This document shows positions 51,411 through 64,000 of a stretch of 64,000 nt of DNA, in pieces; the first letter of the stretch is position 1; each line of letters begins with the position of its first letter. The position numbers were made by a program, and so were the translations under genes. This stretch comes from Octopus vulgaris (taxonomy: Eukaryota): positions 79,484,001 through 79,548,000 of the forward strand of contig OX597815.1 of assembly GCA_951406725.2 (NCBI GenBank), given 5' to 3'. The notes beneath the pieces were generated by a model that saw only the letters and a program-made list of their open reading frames with translations, did no database searches and had not been told where the DNA came from.

Positions 51411-54350
51411 GTATGTATGTCATTGTTCAGTTTTATTTCAAGATTTCTTGCCAATAAAGAACCAGTTTTCAGCCTAGATTCAATGCTCCCTCATTGGAAT
51501 TTCAACATCAACAACGGTGTATGTATGTATGTATGTATGTATGTATGTATGTATGTATGCATGTATGTATGTATGTATGTATGTATGTATGTATGTATGT
51601 ATGTATGTATGTATGTATGTATGTATGTATGCATGCATGTATGTATGTATGCATGTGTGTGTGCATGTATGTATGTATGTATGTATGTATGTATGTATGT
51701 GTGCAGATTTTTAGGTTTTGTTTTATGTATGTATTCTCATGCATATAGTTACATATCTAGACATGCTCATATATATTTAAATAATAAACTTCTGGAAATT
51801 TTTACAGATTTTTACAGTTCCAGTGATGGATTGGATCTGTAGTATTCGAATTGAGTTCTTTCTGGTTTTGAGAAGCCTAATTTCTCAAGACTGGTATTTT
51901 GGCAGTGGGTTACGTATCTCAGGAACCCAATAGTTACAGGTATAAACCTGAACTTTTAATCTGGATAAAGTAACTGTAGATCTCTCAATAGTTCAGAATA
52001 TGTGTTCTCTTTTTCACTGATCTTCAGCTTTATGTTAACATTCGCAGGGCAGCTAATTTCCACAACTGTGCAGTTACTCTTCTCTATCCCAAATCATTAT
52101 ACCAGGTCTCTTGTGCTTACATTTTATTGAGGTCTTCACTGGGATATTTCACCAGTACTCCTTCTAGCCTACTGTGGTTTTTATTTCTTTGTCTTCAGGA
52201 TTATCCTTTCGACAGATTTCATTATAGAGTGTCCTAGCTACAACGTCATGTCTCATCAGTAGATAACACCGCGATGACATTTTCGGACAACTACTTATGA
52301 TGTGGGTGATATCTTCGGTGTTAACTCCACAAAGTTTGCATCGGTTGTCACATTTTATTGCTTTTCCTGTGTCTCTATTCTTTTGTGCATCAAGTACTTG
52401 GTTGATATTTCTGTTCCTGGATTGCAAACACATACCCTTTAAAATGGGACGTAGCAATCCGGCTATTGGTCCATGATAAACTGCTTTGATGATCGATGTT
52501 ATTATCATCTCGGAGCTTTCTACTAACATATCCATGCATAGTCTTCTACTCTTATAGGCTCATTCTTTCATATGATGATACATTGCAGTAGAGTCGTGCA
52601 ACTTCTTTGGGCAGGTACTCTAGGTTATCAGACAAAGAATGTTGCTCAAGGAGCTGCCTTCCGAGTCTTATGATGTTATTAGCTTCATGTATGCAAACTT
52701 GGTCAAGGGATGCGCTTCGACACTTGGTGGTTAAAAGATGTTGCCGAAGGGATGTGATACAACATTCAAGGGTATTTTAGATCGATGTTAAACCTCTGCC
52801 GCGTTGTTTTCGTTTTAGGTATAGGCGGTCTACGTCACTCTTTATGTTGAAATTATGTGTGCTTGTTAGAATTTTTCGGGTTTTAACATCAATGGCTTGG
52901 ATCTCATCAAGCGTCTAAGTTAAGCAGCCCAAATATTGGTATGAGTACTAGCAATGCAAACACATTGTTCTGAGGTTCAATTTTTCTTTATTCGGTTGTA
53001 CTATTCTTTAGTGACACGTGTTTTGTTACAGGTGCCATTGTAAGATATATTTTCATCCACCCCTAGATACCTGTAACATTCCTCGTCAGATAAAAAGGAA
53101 ACAGTCAAATCATTTATGGAGATGTTACTAGTCTGGTTATAGTTTCCCCCCTTTCCACAGCCACATTTATCCTGACCAAACTCCAACCCTACATCCGTTG
53201 AGAACGTTGTAACTAGGTCAAGGCTCTTTTTCAGCTGTATATTCTTTGCATAAAGTTTCAAGTCATCCACAAAGAAACAGTGTGTAATTTTGGTATTTCT
53301 GCTTCCTTGTGAACCAGTGAGATATCTTTCAGACTTCCTTAACATGAATGTCAAGAGATTTAGAGAAAGTGTAAACACCATCACAGAGAGGCTGTCCCCA
53401 TGGAATATGTCTTTGCGATACTGTATTCTATCATCGATAATACAGACACTCTTATACATCAAGTTCTGGCATGCAACTGGCCGGTAGTTTTTTGCCATGT
53501 GGGTGGTTCTGCATTTGGGGATCAATTTTGTCTCTGCCAGAGCTAACCAGTGTGGTATGCCACTGTTCCAAATGGGAGCTTGCTTTTAGAGATTGATAAG
53601 ATATGGTCGATAGAATGTTAGCTTCTTGTACCAATATCCAACAATCAAGTCCTTTCCAGGTGCTTTTCCATCTTGGAGTTTCTGGATCACAGTTGCAAGA
53701 GTTTCACCATCAATGTTGTATGTCTTGAAGCAATAACTTCTTCGGATTTCTTCCATCCACAGAGCATCTTGGTTAAACTCTTCTTCATTCCAGATTTTCC
53801 TTCAGAAGAAGTCTGTGTCTTCTCGTGAAGGAGCTTCTGTGATATTCACTGCTCCTCCTCTCATGTCTCTGTATACTGCTGCCTGGTTCGGTTAAATTTT
53901 TTGTTTATTGTTCTTCTCTCGGTTATTCTCTTCTGATGTCAGAGATTTTTCACTGACAGCTTTTAGCTCCTGCTTGAAGGTAATCAGTTTGAAAGTGAGT
54001 GTCCTCATTTTGCTGTCTCCCGATATCATTTCTATCTCCTTCTTTACTTTCTGTTGGTGGACTTATAGTGATTTGCTTGTTTGCATACAATACGCGTCAT
54101 TACATGACTGATGGTCTTCCGTAAACCAGTTATCTTTTTCTCTGTCCTCAAAACCCATAATGGTACTTTTTTTTGTTGTTTCGGGTTTGTTTACTTTTTG
54201 AATGTCATTCATGTACTGCTTTGCAGTGGTAGCCAGAGCTTATAGACAGGCGTTAATCTACCAGAATGTAGGCTCATCACACTGCTGTAAATACTCATCA
54301 CCAGTTTCAATAACAGCTTTTAATACCGTCTGGTAGTTTTTTTTACTTAC
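51411..54350 (-). mobile_element. R4/Dong-type RLE non-LTR retrotransposon, disrupted (copy 1)
   Basis: RT motifs NYRPVACQN, IFHGDSLS and HCFFVDDLKLYAK; CCHC motif CKLCGVNTEDITHIISSCP followed by RHDVVA; endonuclease remnant downstream; embedded in (TACA)n. Confidence 0.88.
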
Positions 54351-54376
54351 TATGTGTATGTATGTATGTATGTATG

Positions 54377-54410
<34 letters not shown>

Positions 54411-54450
54411 TGTATGTATGTATGTATGTATGTATGTATGTATGTATGTG

Positions 54451-57099
54451 TGCAGATTTTTAGGTTTTGTTTTATGTATGTATTCTCATGCATATAGTTA
54501 CATATCTAGACATGCTCATATATATTTAAATAATAAACTTCTGGAAATTTTTACAGATTTTTACAGTTCCAGTGATGGATAGGATCTGTAGTATTCGAAT
54601 TGAGTTCTTTCTGGTTTTGAGAAGCCTAATTTCTCAAGACTGGTATTTTGGCAGTGGGTTACGTATCTCAGGAACCCAATAGTTACAGGTATAAACCTGA
54701 ACTTTTAATCTGGATAAAGTAACTGTAGATCTCTCAATAGCTCAGAATATGTGTTCTCTTTTTCACTGATCTTCAGCTTTATGTTAACATTCGCAGAGCA
54801 GCTAATTTCCACAACTGTGCACAGTTTCTCTTCTCAATCCCAAATCATTATACCTGGTCTCTTGTGCTTACATTTTATTGAGGTCTTCACTGGGATATTT
54901 CACCAGTACTCTTTCTAGCCTACTGTGGTTTTTATTTCTTTGTCCTCAGGATTATCCTTTCGACAGATTTCATTATAGACTGTCCTAGCTACAACGTCAT
55001 GTCCCATCAGTAGATAACACCGCGATGACATTTTCGGACAACTACTTATGATGTGGGTGATATCTTCGGTGTTAACTCCACAAAGTCTGCGTCGGTTGTC
55101 ACATTTTATTGCTTTTCCTGTGTCTCTATTCTTTTGTGCATCAAGTACTTGGTTGATATTTCTGTTCCTGGATTGCAAACACATACCCTTTAAAATGGGA
55201 CGTAGTAATCCGGCTATTGGTCCATGATAAACTGCTTTGATGATCGATGTTATTATCATCTCGGAGCTTTCTACTAACATATCCATGCATAGTCTTCTGC
55301 TCTTATAGGCTCATTCTTTCATATGATGATACATTGCAGTAGAGTCGTGCAACTTCTTTGGGCAGGTACTCTAGGTTATCAGACAAAGAATGTTGCCCAA
55401 GGAGCTGCCTTCCGAGTCTTATGATGTTATCAGCCTCATGTATGCAAACTTGGTCACGGGATGCGCTTCGACACTTGGTGGTTAAAAGATGTTGCCGAAG
55501 GGATGTGATACAACACTAAAGGGCATTTTAGATCGATGTTAAACCTCTGCCGCGTTGTTTTCGTTTTAGGTATAGGCGGTCTACGTCACTCTTTATGTTG
55601 AAATTATGTGTGCTTGTTAGAATTTTTCGGGTTTTAACATCAATGGCTTGGATCTCATCAAGCGTCTAAGTTAAGCAGCCCAAATATTGGTATGAGTACT
55701 AGCACTGCACACACATTGTTCTGAGGTTCAAATTTTCTTTATTCGGTTGTAATATTCTTTAGTGACACGTGTTTAGTTACAGGTGCCATTGTAAGATATA
55801 TTTTCATCCACCCCTAGATACCTGTAACATTCCTCGTCAGATAAAAAGGAAACAGTCAAATCATTTATGGAGATGTTACTAGTCTGGTTTATAGTCCCCC
55901 CCCTTTCCACAGCCCATAGCAACATTTATCCTGACCAAACTCCAACCCTACGTTGTAACTAGGTCAAGGCTCTTTTTCAGCTGTATATTCTTTGCATAAA
56001 GTTTCAAGTCATCCACAAAGAAACAGTGTGTAATTTTGGTATTTCTGCTTCCTTGTGAACTAGTGAGATATCTTTCAGACTTTCTTAACATGAATGTCAA
56101 GAGGTTTAGAGAAAGTATAAACACCATCACAAAGAGGCTGTCCCCATGGAATATGTCTTTGCGATACTGTATTCTATCATTGATAATACAGTCACTCTTA
56201 TGCGCCAAGTTCTGGCATGCAACTGGCCGGTAGTTTTTTGCCATGTGGGTGGTTCTGCATTTGGGGATCAATTTTGTCTCTGCCAGAGCTAACCAGTGTG
56301 GTATGCCACTGTTCCAAATGGGAGCTTGCTTTTAGAGATTGATAAGATATGGTCGATAGAATGTTAGCTTCTTGTACCAATATCCAACAATCAAGTCCTT
56401 TCCAGGTGCTTTTCCATCTTGGAGTTTCTGGATCACAGTTGCAAGAGTTTCACCGTCAATGTTGTATGTCTTGAAGCAATAACTTCTTCGGATTTCTTCC
56501 ATCCACAGAGCATCTTGGTTAAACTCTTCTTCACTCCAAATTTTCCTTCAGAAGAAGTCTGTGTCTTCTCGTGAAGGAGCTTCTGTGATAATCACTGCTC
56601 CTCCTCTCATGTCTCTGTATACTGCTGCCTGGTTCTGGTTAAATTTTTTGTTTATTGTTCTTCTCTCGGTTATTCTCTTCTGATGTCAGAGATTTTTCAC
56701 TGACAGCTTTTAGCTCCTGCTTGAAGGTAATCAGTTTGAAAGTGAGTGTCCTCATTTTTCTGTCTCCCGATATCATTTCTATCTCCTTCTTTACTTTCTG
56801 TTGGTGGACGTATAGTGATTTGCTTGTTTGCATACAATACGTGTCATTACATGACTGATGGTCTTCCGTAAACCAGTTATCTTTTTCTCTGTCTTCAAAA
56901 CCCATAATGGTACTTTTTTTTGTTGTTTCGGGTTTGTTTACTTTTTGAATGTCATTCATGTACTGCTTCGCAGTGGTAGCCAGAACTTATAGACAGGCGT
57001 TAATCTACCAGAATGTAGGCTCATCACACTGCTGTAAATACTCATCACCAGTTTCATTAACAGCTTTTAATACTGTGTCTGGTAGTTTTTTTTACTTAC
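54451..57099 (-). mobile_element. R4/Dong-type RLE non-LTR retrotransposon, disrupted (copy 2, tandem duplicate)
   Basis: Near-identical to 51702-54350 (period 2749 bp), with the same 5' truncation and the same lesions. Confidence 0.9.
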
Positions 57100-57273
57100 T
57101 ATGTGTATGTATGTTTGTATGTATGTATGTATGTATGTATGTATGTATGTATGTATGTATGTATGTATGTATGTATGTATATATGTATGTATGTATGTAT
57201 GTATGTTGTGTGTGTGTGTATGTATGTATGTATGTATGTATGCATGCATGTACATTTGTATGTATGTATGTAC

Positions 57274-57304
<31 letters not shown>

Positions 57305-57385
57305 TGTATGTATGTATGTATGTATGTATGTATGTATGTGTGTATGTATGTATGCATGCATGTACATTTGTATGTATGTATGTAC

Positions 57386-57416
<31 letters not shown>

Positions 57417-57473
57417 TGTATGTATGTATGTATGTATATAGATAAATACGTATGTAGGTAGGTATGTACGTAC

Positions 57474-57518
<45 letters not shown>

Positions 57519-57567
57519 TGCATGCATTCACATACATACATACATATATGTATGTATATAAATATTT

Positions 57568-57610
<43 letters not shown>
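57100..57610. repeat. Compound (TGTA)n/(TA)n/(CA)n microsatellite field
   Basis: Directly visible; source of several spurious ORFs. Confidence 0.95.
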
Positions 57611-58470
57611 TATATACATATATAACAAGTAATGTTCGTGGCCACTTCAACATGGCTGTGTGTTTGAACAAACTTTACTGCGACTTTTTAACCCCAAGAG
57701 GACATCTCTTCCAGCTAGTTAACGATACACAGTTGCATCCGATTTATTACTAGCGGGGCAGCGGACCCCTACCACTTTCTAGTGACGGAACCAGCAGACC
57801 AGCATGGGTTCGGGCTATTTCTGCTTCTCTTCAGTACTGGACACCTTGTCTGTTAGCTCACCTTTTCTCGCAATATATAAAATTTTAAGCGACACACAGT
57901 CACTGATTTTGCAACAAGCAAAAATGGTAGTTCTAAAATATCTCTAACAGATCAACGTAGTAGTTGTAGTCACAAGTAGTGTTCGTAGCCACTTCAACAT
58001 GGCTGTCTGTTCGAACGGACGGACTTTACTGTGTCTGGGGAAAGTCATTCTCTTTTAGTGCCTTATTATTTAACACACTCACCGGTTCGATTTCCAATCA
58101 TTTAGTTATTTCACATAAAGAAACTTGCAATCAAAATACAAAAACGAATCCATAGGCTGAAGCAGGTGTAAGAATGATTTTAATGATTTCAATAATTTAT
58201 ATTAAGATTTTTATAATTGTATTCTTATCTTATATGAATTGAATTATAATGTATATATGTATGTTATTAAGGTTCTCGTTTTTGTTAAATGAATAAATAA
58301 TCCAACATTCTAATATCCAAAAGTTGATGAACAAACTAAATTGTTACTCCATTTTCTTATTTGTATTATATATATATATATATTACTCTAGAGCATTACT
58401 CTACTTCGGTATTTGAGTATTACTTTTCTCCACTTTGTTTTGCATTTATGTGTTCACTCATGTGTGAGTG

Positions 58471-58574
<104 letters not shown>

Positions 58575-59149
58575 AACCATAAAGAGATACGTCGAGTTAA
58601 CTTATATTCATTCAACTACGTGATGTCTTAGGGTTACAGCCGTTTCGCAATCTTGCTTATGTAGCACTAATTTCAGTGTGGCAGAAATTATGCTTATACG
58701 TTTGTATTAGTACACATGCTCTGCATTATACAATAATATTATATATTCACAAATCAATGTAAATTCACCTCTACAGATTTTCTATAGAAAATATGATGAC
58801 CTTAACCCGTGATTTAAGTGCACTGCTAACACAGTGGTACACGGTATTGGCTTATAAAAACGTTTAATATACTTTGTAGCATGTTTGCATAATGAAATAA
58901 CTAACGGATTCAAATCATCAATGGAAATTAAGAAAGCTAGCTCATGAGATATCAGAAAATCATGGTTACATCAATGATCAACGTGATGTGTATATATGCG
59001 TGTGTGCGTGCGTGCGTGTGTGTATGTGTATGTGTGTGTGTGTGTATGTGTGTGTGTGTGTGTGCATGTGTGTGTGTGCTTCTTTATTTTACTGTTTCTT
59101 TGCCTTGACATGGGCTAGTAGTTGTAAGCGTGTGTAACTGTCATGTAAG

Positions 59150-59336
59150 CAGTGCCGGATTTAGGACAAATGAGGCCCTGTGCTAGTTAAGTGATGAGGC
59201 TCCTTACTTGGACAGTCAAGTATAGATGTTCAGGAAATTCATCGTAAAAAATTTTGGCATAGGAAGATGGGCCTCTCCCGGTGAAACGGGACCCTGTGCT
59301 TAAACACACCTAAGCACAATGGTAAATCCAACACTA
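59150..59336. mobile_element. hAT-like MITE
   Basis: TIRs cagtgccggattta/taaatccaacacta and a degenerate 8-bp TSD catgtaag/cttgcaag. Confidence 0.65.
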
Positions 59337-59686
59337 CTTGCAAGAAGTGTCCTTTGTTTCCAACCTTCCACGTAATCATGTCTAGGCATGATGAAATATC
59401 ACCTTACCTGGAAACAGGTGAGGGATGGCGATAGGCATATATCATCTCGTAATACAAAATCTGTGTGACCCATGCTAGCATGGACAAGCGGATGTTTCTT
59501 ACATATAGACTCCATAGATGATAATATATTCTACCGAGACGTTACAATCAACTCTTTGTATGGTACATATATATTTACTCGACTGCTGATGTTTATCAGT
59601 GATTTCTCCCATTGCTTTGATGTGCCATTTTCTATCACTAATAAAACTGTCGGCACGAATGTGCTAGTATACCCACGCACACACGT

Positions 59687-59790
<104 letters not shown>

Positions 59791-59973
59791 ACACACACAC
59801 AGACACACACGCACACACAGATACACACACACACACACACACACATACGTATGCGTGTATGTGTGTGCGTATATATATATATATATATATATATATACTA
59901 GACGACCGGTTATACTAGTATACTTATAATGTATTTGTGTACGGATCTATATTTATATCCATATGTGTGTATA

Positions 59974-60031
<58 letters not shown>

Positions 60032-60181
60032 ACATAAATATAATGCATATATATATATACATATACTTATATATATATATAATAATAAATATATGTACGT
60101 TTGTGTATGTTCATATATGTATATACATGGATACATACATCTATATATAAATGTGCGTGTGTGTGTGCGTATATATATGTA

Positions 60182-60239
<58 letters not shown>

Positions 60240-60323
60240 GATAAGATCGTTAATTTAAATATCGATCTCATCAAGTGGCCAGCATGGGAATAAAAACCTT
60301 TAAAGATAATAATTATTATTAAA

Positions 60324-60497
60324 ATTATAATTTAGGGTATCTAAGAGATACCTCTACGCTGGAAATAGCAACCAAAACTTGACTCAAAAACCACATTAAT
60401 TGTTAGGTGCTGTATGAACATTTAATGTAGTTTTAGAGTCAAGTTTTGACTGCTATTTCCTACGTGGAATTATCTCTTAGATACCCTAAATTATAAT
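60324..60497. repeat. Imperfect inverted repeat with ~80-bp arms
   Basis: attataatttagggtatctaagagata is perfectly mirrored by tatctcttagataccctaaattataat, and pairing continues to a ~12-nt loop. Confidence 0.85.
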
Positions 60498-61579
60498 ATA
60501 TATATATACATACACAAATATATATACACACACATAAACATACATGTATGTATATGTGTACAGTTGTACCTCGATTTACACGGTTTTATTTCGGTATGTT
60601 TTGGTTTTCCAATTTTATTTTTTAATTTCGTTTCTCTTCTTCCATAGAAAGATAGACTGCACGATTAAGTAACACAATTAAGCTTTGTATTTTATATTAT
60701 GCTAACTATTTTCAAAACTGAATAATTGAATTTTAAATGTCAAACCTAAAAGTTCATTTTCTTTAGAAATAGAGAAATAAAAACAACTTCAAAGATGGAA
60801 AAAATTTCACAGAAACAGCGAAACCCTTTAACATAAACGAAGGAAAATATGAGTCAATATAAGAGCAGAATCTACAATAAGATCTGTAGGCGACAAGAAA
60901 ACTACTGAAGAATTTGGGCCACAAATAGCTAAAATAATTGAAGAAGGTTCCTATTATTTAATATAAATATTTAACATTAATGACAGTGGTCTATTCGGTA
61001 ATATAATGCCAAGAGAACTTTTATATCAGAAACAGAAAAACCGATACTATATTCGTTGCTTTTAAAAATTGCATAGTCATTATTAGTAAGCTGTAATGCA
61101 TTAGATGATTGATTCTTGAAGCCATTATTTATTAATAAAACTCTTAATCCGTGTGCTGTGAGAGGATTGAGTAAAATATCCTTCCAGTCCATTGGCTGAC
61201 GAACAATGTGTTTTGCATGGCTGCAGCAATATCCGAGAGCTAGTTTTATTAAAACTTTGTTCCTGAAGGTGAAATATACATACATAAATACATACATACA
61301 TACATACATACATACATACATACATACATACATACATACATACATACATACATACATGCATAAATACATACATACACACATACATTCAGAATTGTTAGCA
61401 CGCTGGACAAACTGCTTAACAGTATATCAAATTCCGCAGAGGTCAACTTTACTTTTCATCTCTTTGGGGTCGATAAATTAAATACCAGTGAAACACTGGG
61501 TTCGATGTATTCGACTAGTCCCCTCCCACCAAATTTCAGGCCTTGTGTGTGTAGCAGAAAGGATTATATGTGCGTGTAA

Positions 61580-62510
61580 AAAAGAATACTGGTGGAATGT
61601 ACCAGTGAAGACCTCAATAAAATGTAAGCACAACAGACCTGATATAATGATTTGGGATTGAGAAGAGAGACTGTGTACAGTTGTGAAAATTTGCTGTTCA
61701 GCGGATGTTGACATAAAGCTGAAGATCAGTGAAAAAGGGAACACTTATGCTGAATTATTGAGAAATCTCTGCAGTTACTCTATCCAGGTTAGAAGTTCAG
61801 ATTTAAACTTGTAATTATTGGGGCCCTGGGATATGTAACACACCGTCTAAATACCAATCTTGAGAAATTAGGCTTCTGAAAACCAGAAAGGAGAAAGCTA
61901 ATTCGAAGACTACAGATCCAATTTGTCGATGGAACTGTAAAAATCTGTAAGACTTTTCAGAATTTTATCATTTCAATATATATGAGTATGTCTGGATATG
62001 CAGCTATATGCATGAGAATACATACATAAAACAAAAACATAAAAATCATACAAATCAAACAAAAACATGCAAATCTGCACATATGCATACATAGTGCATA
62101 CATACATACATACATACATACATACATACATACATACATACATACATACATACATAAGAGAAAGCTAATTCGAAGACTACAGATCCAATCCAGCACTGGA
62201 ACTGTAAAAATCTGTAAAACGTTTCAAAAGTTTATCATATATAAATATATGAGCATGTCTAGATATGCAACTATATGCATGAGAATACATACATCAGACA
62301 AAATATAAAAATCTGCACTTATGCATGCATACATACATACATATGTACAAACAAAAATGTTGATGCCGAAATTCCAATAAAAGAGTCTTGAATTTAGGTT
62401 AGAAACCGGCTCTTTCTTTATTGGCAAGAAATCTTGAAATAAAACTGAATAATGACATACGTACATACATACATACATACATACATACATACATACATAC
62501 ATACATACAT
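61580..62510 (+). mobile_element. 5'-truncated R4/Dong-type element (endonuclease end) with duplicated 3' terminus
   Basis: Translates EYWWNVPVKTSIKCKHNRPDIMIWD...EKGNTYAELLRN (PD-type nuclease). The 3' segment 61891-62100 is repeated from 62158, each copy followed by (TACA)n. Confidence 0.85.
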
Positions 62511-62933
62511 AAACAAAACATATGTATATACACTTTATATTTCATACTTTTTTCCTCTTTTCTTTTTCTCGCTCCCCCTCTTTCACATTTTTTGCCGTAC
62601 ACATTTGTTTGCTTTCTTACAAAAAATCTAATGCCCTTAGCTAAGACTTTTTTTGCGAGTAACCAGATCGAACAGTCTCAAGTGTAACTGCCCGAAACTG
62701 TAAGGACATCTGGTAACTTGACTGAGGAAAGAGGGCCTTTGTATCGTTTATCTCCTGAGATGTTTTATTGTCCTCTATTGCGTTTTTCCATATATATATA
62801 TATATATGTATGTATATATATAGATATATATGTATGTATACATATATATATATATAGGTATATATATATACACATATGTATATACACATATATTTATATA
62901 TACATATTTTAATATGTATTTATGTGTGTATGT

Positions 62934-62974
<41 letters not shown>

Positions 62975-63470
62975 GATATATATGTATGTATACATATATA
63001 TATATAGGTATATATATATACACATATGTATATACACATATATTTATATATACATACATATATATGTATATGTATGTATGTATGCATGTTTGTATGTATG
63101 TATGTATGTATGTGTGTGTGTATGTGTGTGTATATATATATATATATATAAATTTTCAGTATTCGAGAGAATCAGGCATTTAAATACTAAAAGCACTAAA
63201 GTAGAATCGGGGATAGCGCACCTGTATACCGACAATATGTACTGACATATACGTATTTACTAAAATTAATATGGATTGGCCCTTTCTGTTATGCATACTT
63301 TCACACGTAACTGACTGAATATACAAAGTTCACCAAAATCTTACTGGGCTACATTTACTGCACGTTTGCCACTTCCACTACAGACTCTAGATCCAAACGT
63401 ATGAAAGGTTCCGAGTTAGGTAAAGAATAGATAATACTACACCCCCCACTCACATTTATTCTCACAGATC

Positions 63471-63536
<66 letters not shown>

Positions 63537-63632
63537 CGGGAAGCTTTATGAAAATAAACAAAAGACTAAGGCAGGTGGAATACAAACAAACAATTGTATT
63601 AGTATGGCGCTCAGGAATATAAATAAAACAAG

Positions 63633-63670
63633 TCTTTTACGTTTCGAGCCTACGCTCTTCAACAGAAAGA
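63633..63670 (-). ncRNA. Compact type I hammerhead-like motif with variant core CUGUUGA
   Basis: tcttt-CTGTTGAA-GAGC-GTAG-GCTC-GAAA-CG-TA-aaaga: perfect stems I and II, with palindromic ACGT in place of stem III. Confidence 0.65.
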
Positions 63671-63794
63671 TACACAGAAAAGAAACACGGAGAGAAACAA
63701 GGAGAGAAAATAAATGCGTGCAGAGGCTAGCGAATCAACATGGCGATCATGGCGATATATATATATATGTATATATACAGATATGTATGTTTTC

Positions 63795-64000
63795 TTTTAT
63801 TCTTTTACTTGTTTCAGTAATTTATTGCGGTGATGCTGGATTACAGCCTTAAAAGGTTTCAGTCGAAGAAATCGACCCCAGGACTTATTTTTGTAAGCCT
63901 AGTACTTATTTTATCACTGTCTTTTGCCGAACCGCTAATTTACAGTGACGTAAACACACCAACATCGGTTGTTAAGCGATGGTGGAGAGACAAACACAAA
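63795..64000 (-). mobile_element. SINE family A 3' half (runs off the window)
   Basis: Reverse complement of the family A tail. Confidence 0.8.

Noticed and set aside
56949-57645. Long ORFs of 110-190 aa (also at 26644, 39905, 51276, 59472 and 62830)
   Set aside because: They are translations of (TA)n, (CA)n and (TGTA)n microsatellites that lack stop codons.
58630-58690. Hammerhead-like GCAA-GA-TTGC-GAAAC-GGCT-GTA on the minus strand
   Set aside because: No CUGANGA box or stem I partner could be located, so it was not counted.

Overview
AT-rich, microsatellite-dense, repeat-dominated eukaryotic DNA. The repeat content is most consistent with an octopus or other cephalopod genome (inference). 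I cannot recognise any intact host protein-coding gene, and nearly all tracked ORFs are microsatellite read-throughs or transposon remnants. The window holds a near full-length disrupted Penelope-like element (RT + GIY-YIG, ~28.05-31.42 kb), RTE-clade LINE fragments, and a tandemly duplicated R4/Dong-type restriction-like-endonuclease LINE set in (TACA)n (51.4-57.1 kb). It also holds a non-autonomous LTR element with PBS, PPT and a 4-bp TSD (38021-42058), an internally deleted Tc1/mariner, non-autonomous Helitrons, several MITEs, many tRNA-derived SINEs and a decayed 5S rRNA fragment. The most interesting signal is a set of about nine loci with minimal type I hammerhead-ribozyme-like motifs. 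Three of them are short palindromic mini-elements built from two inverted hammerhead-bearing arms. Other notable items are a perfect 152-bp-arm palindrome, a pre-miRNA-like hairpin at 8355-8429, and CpG and splice-site hints of a minus-strand host transcript starting near 36.4 kb. All alignments and folds were done by eye.
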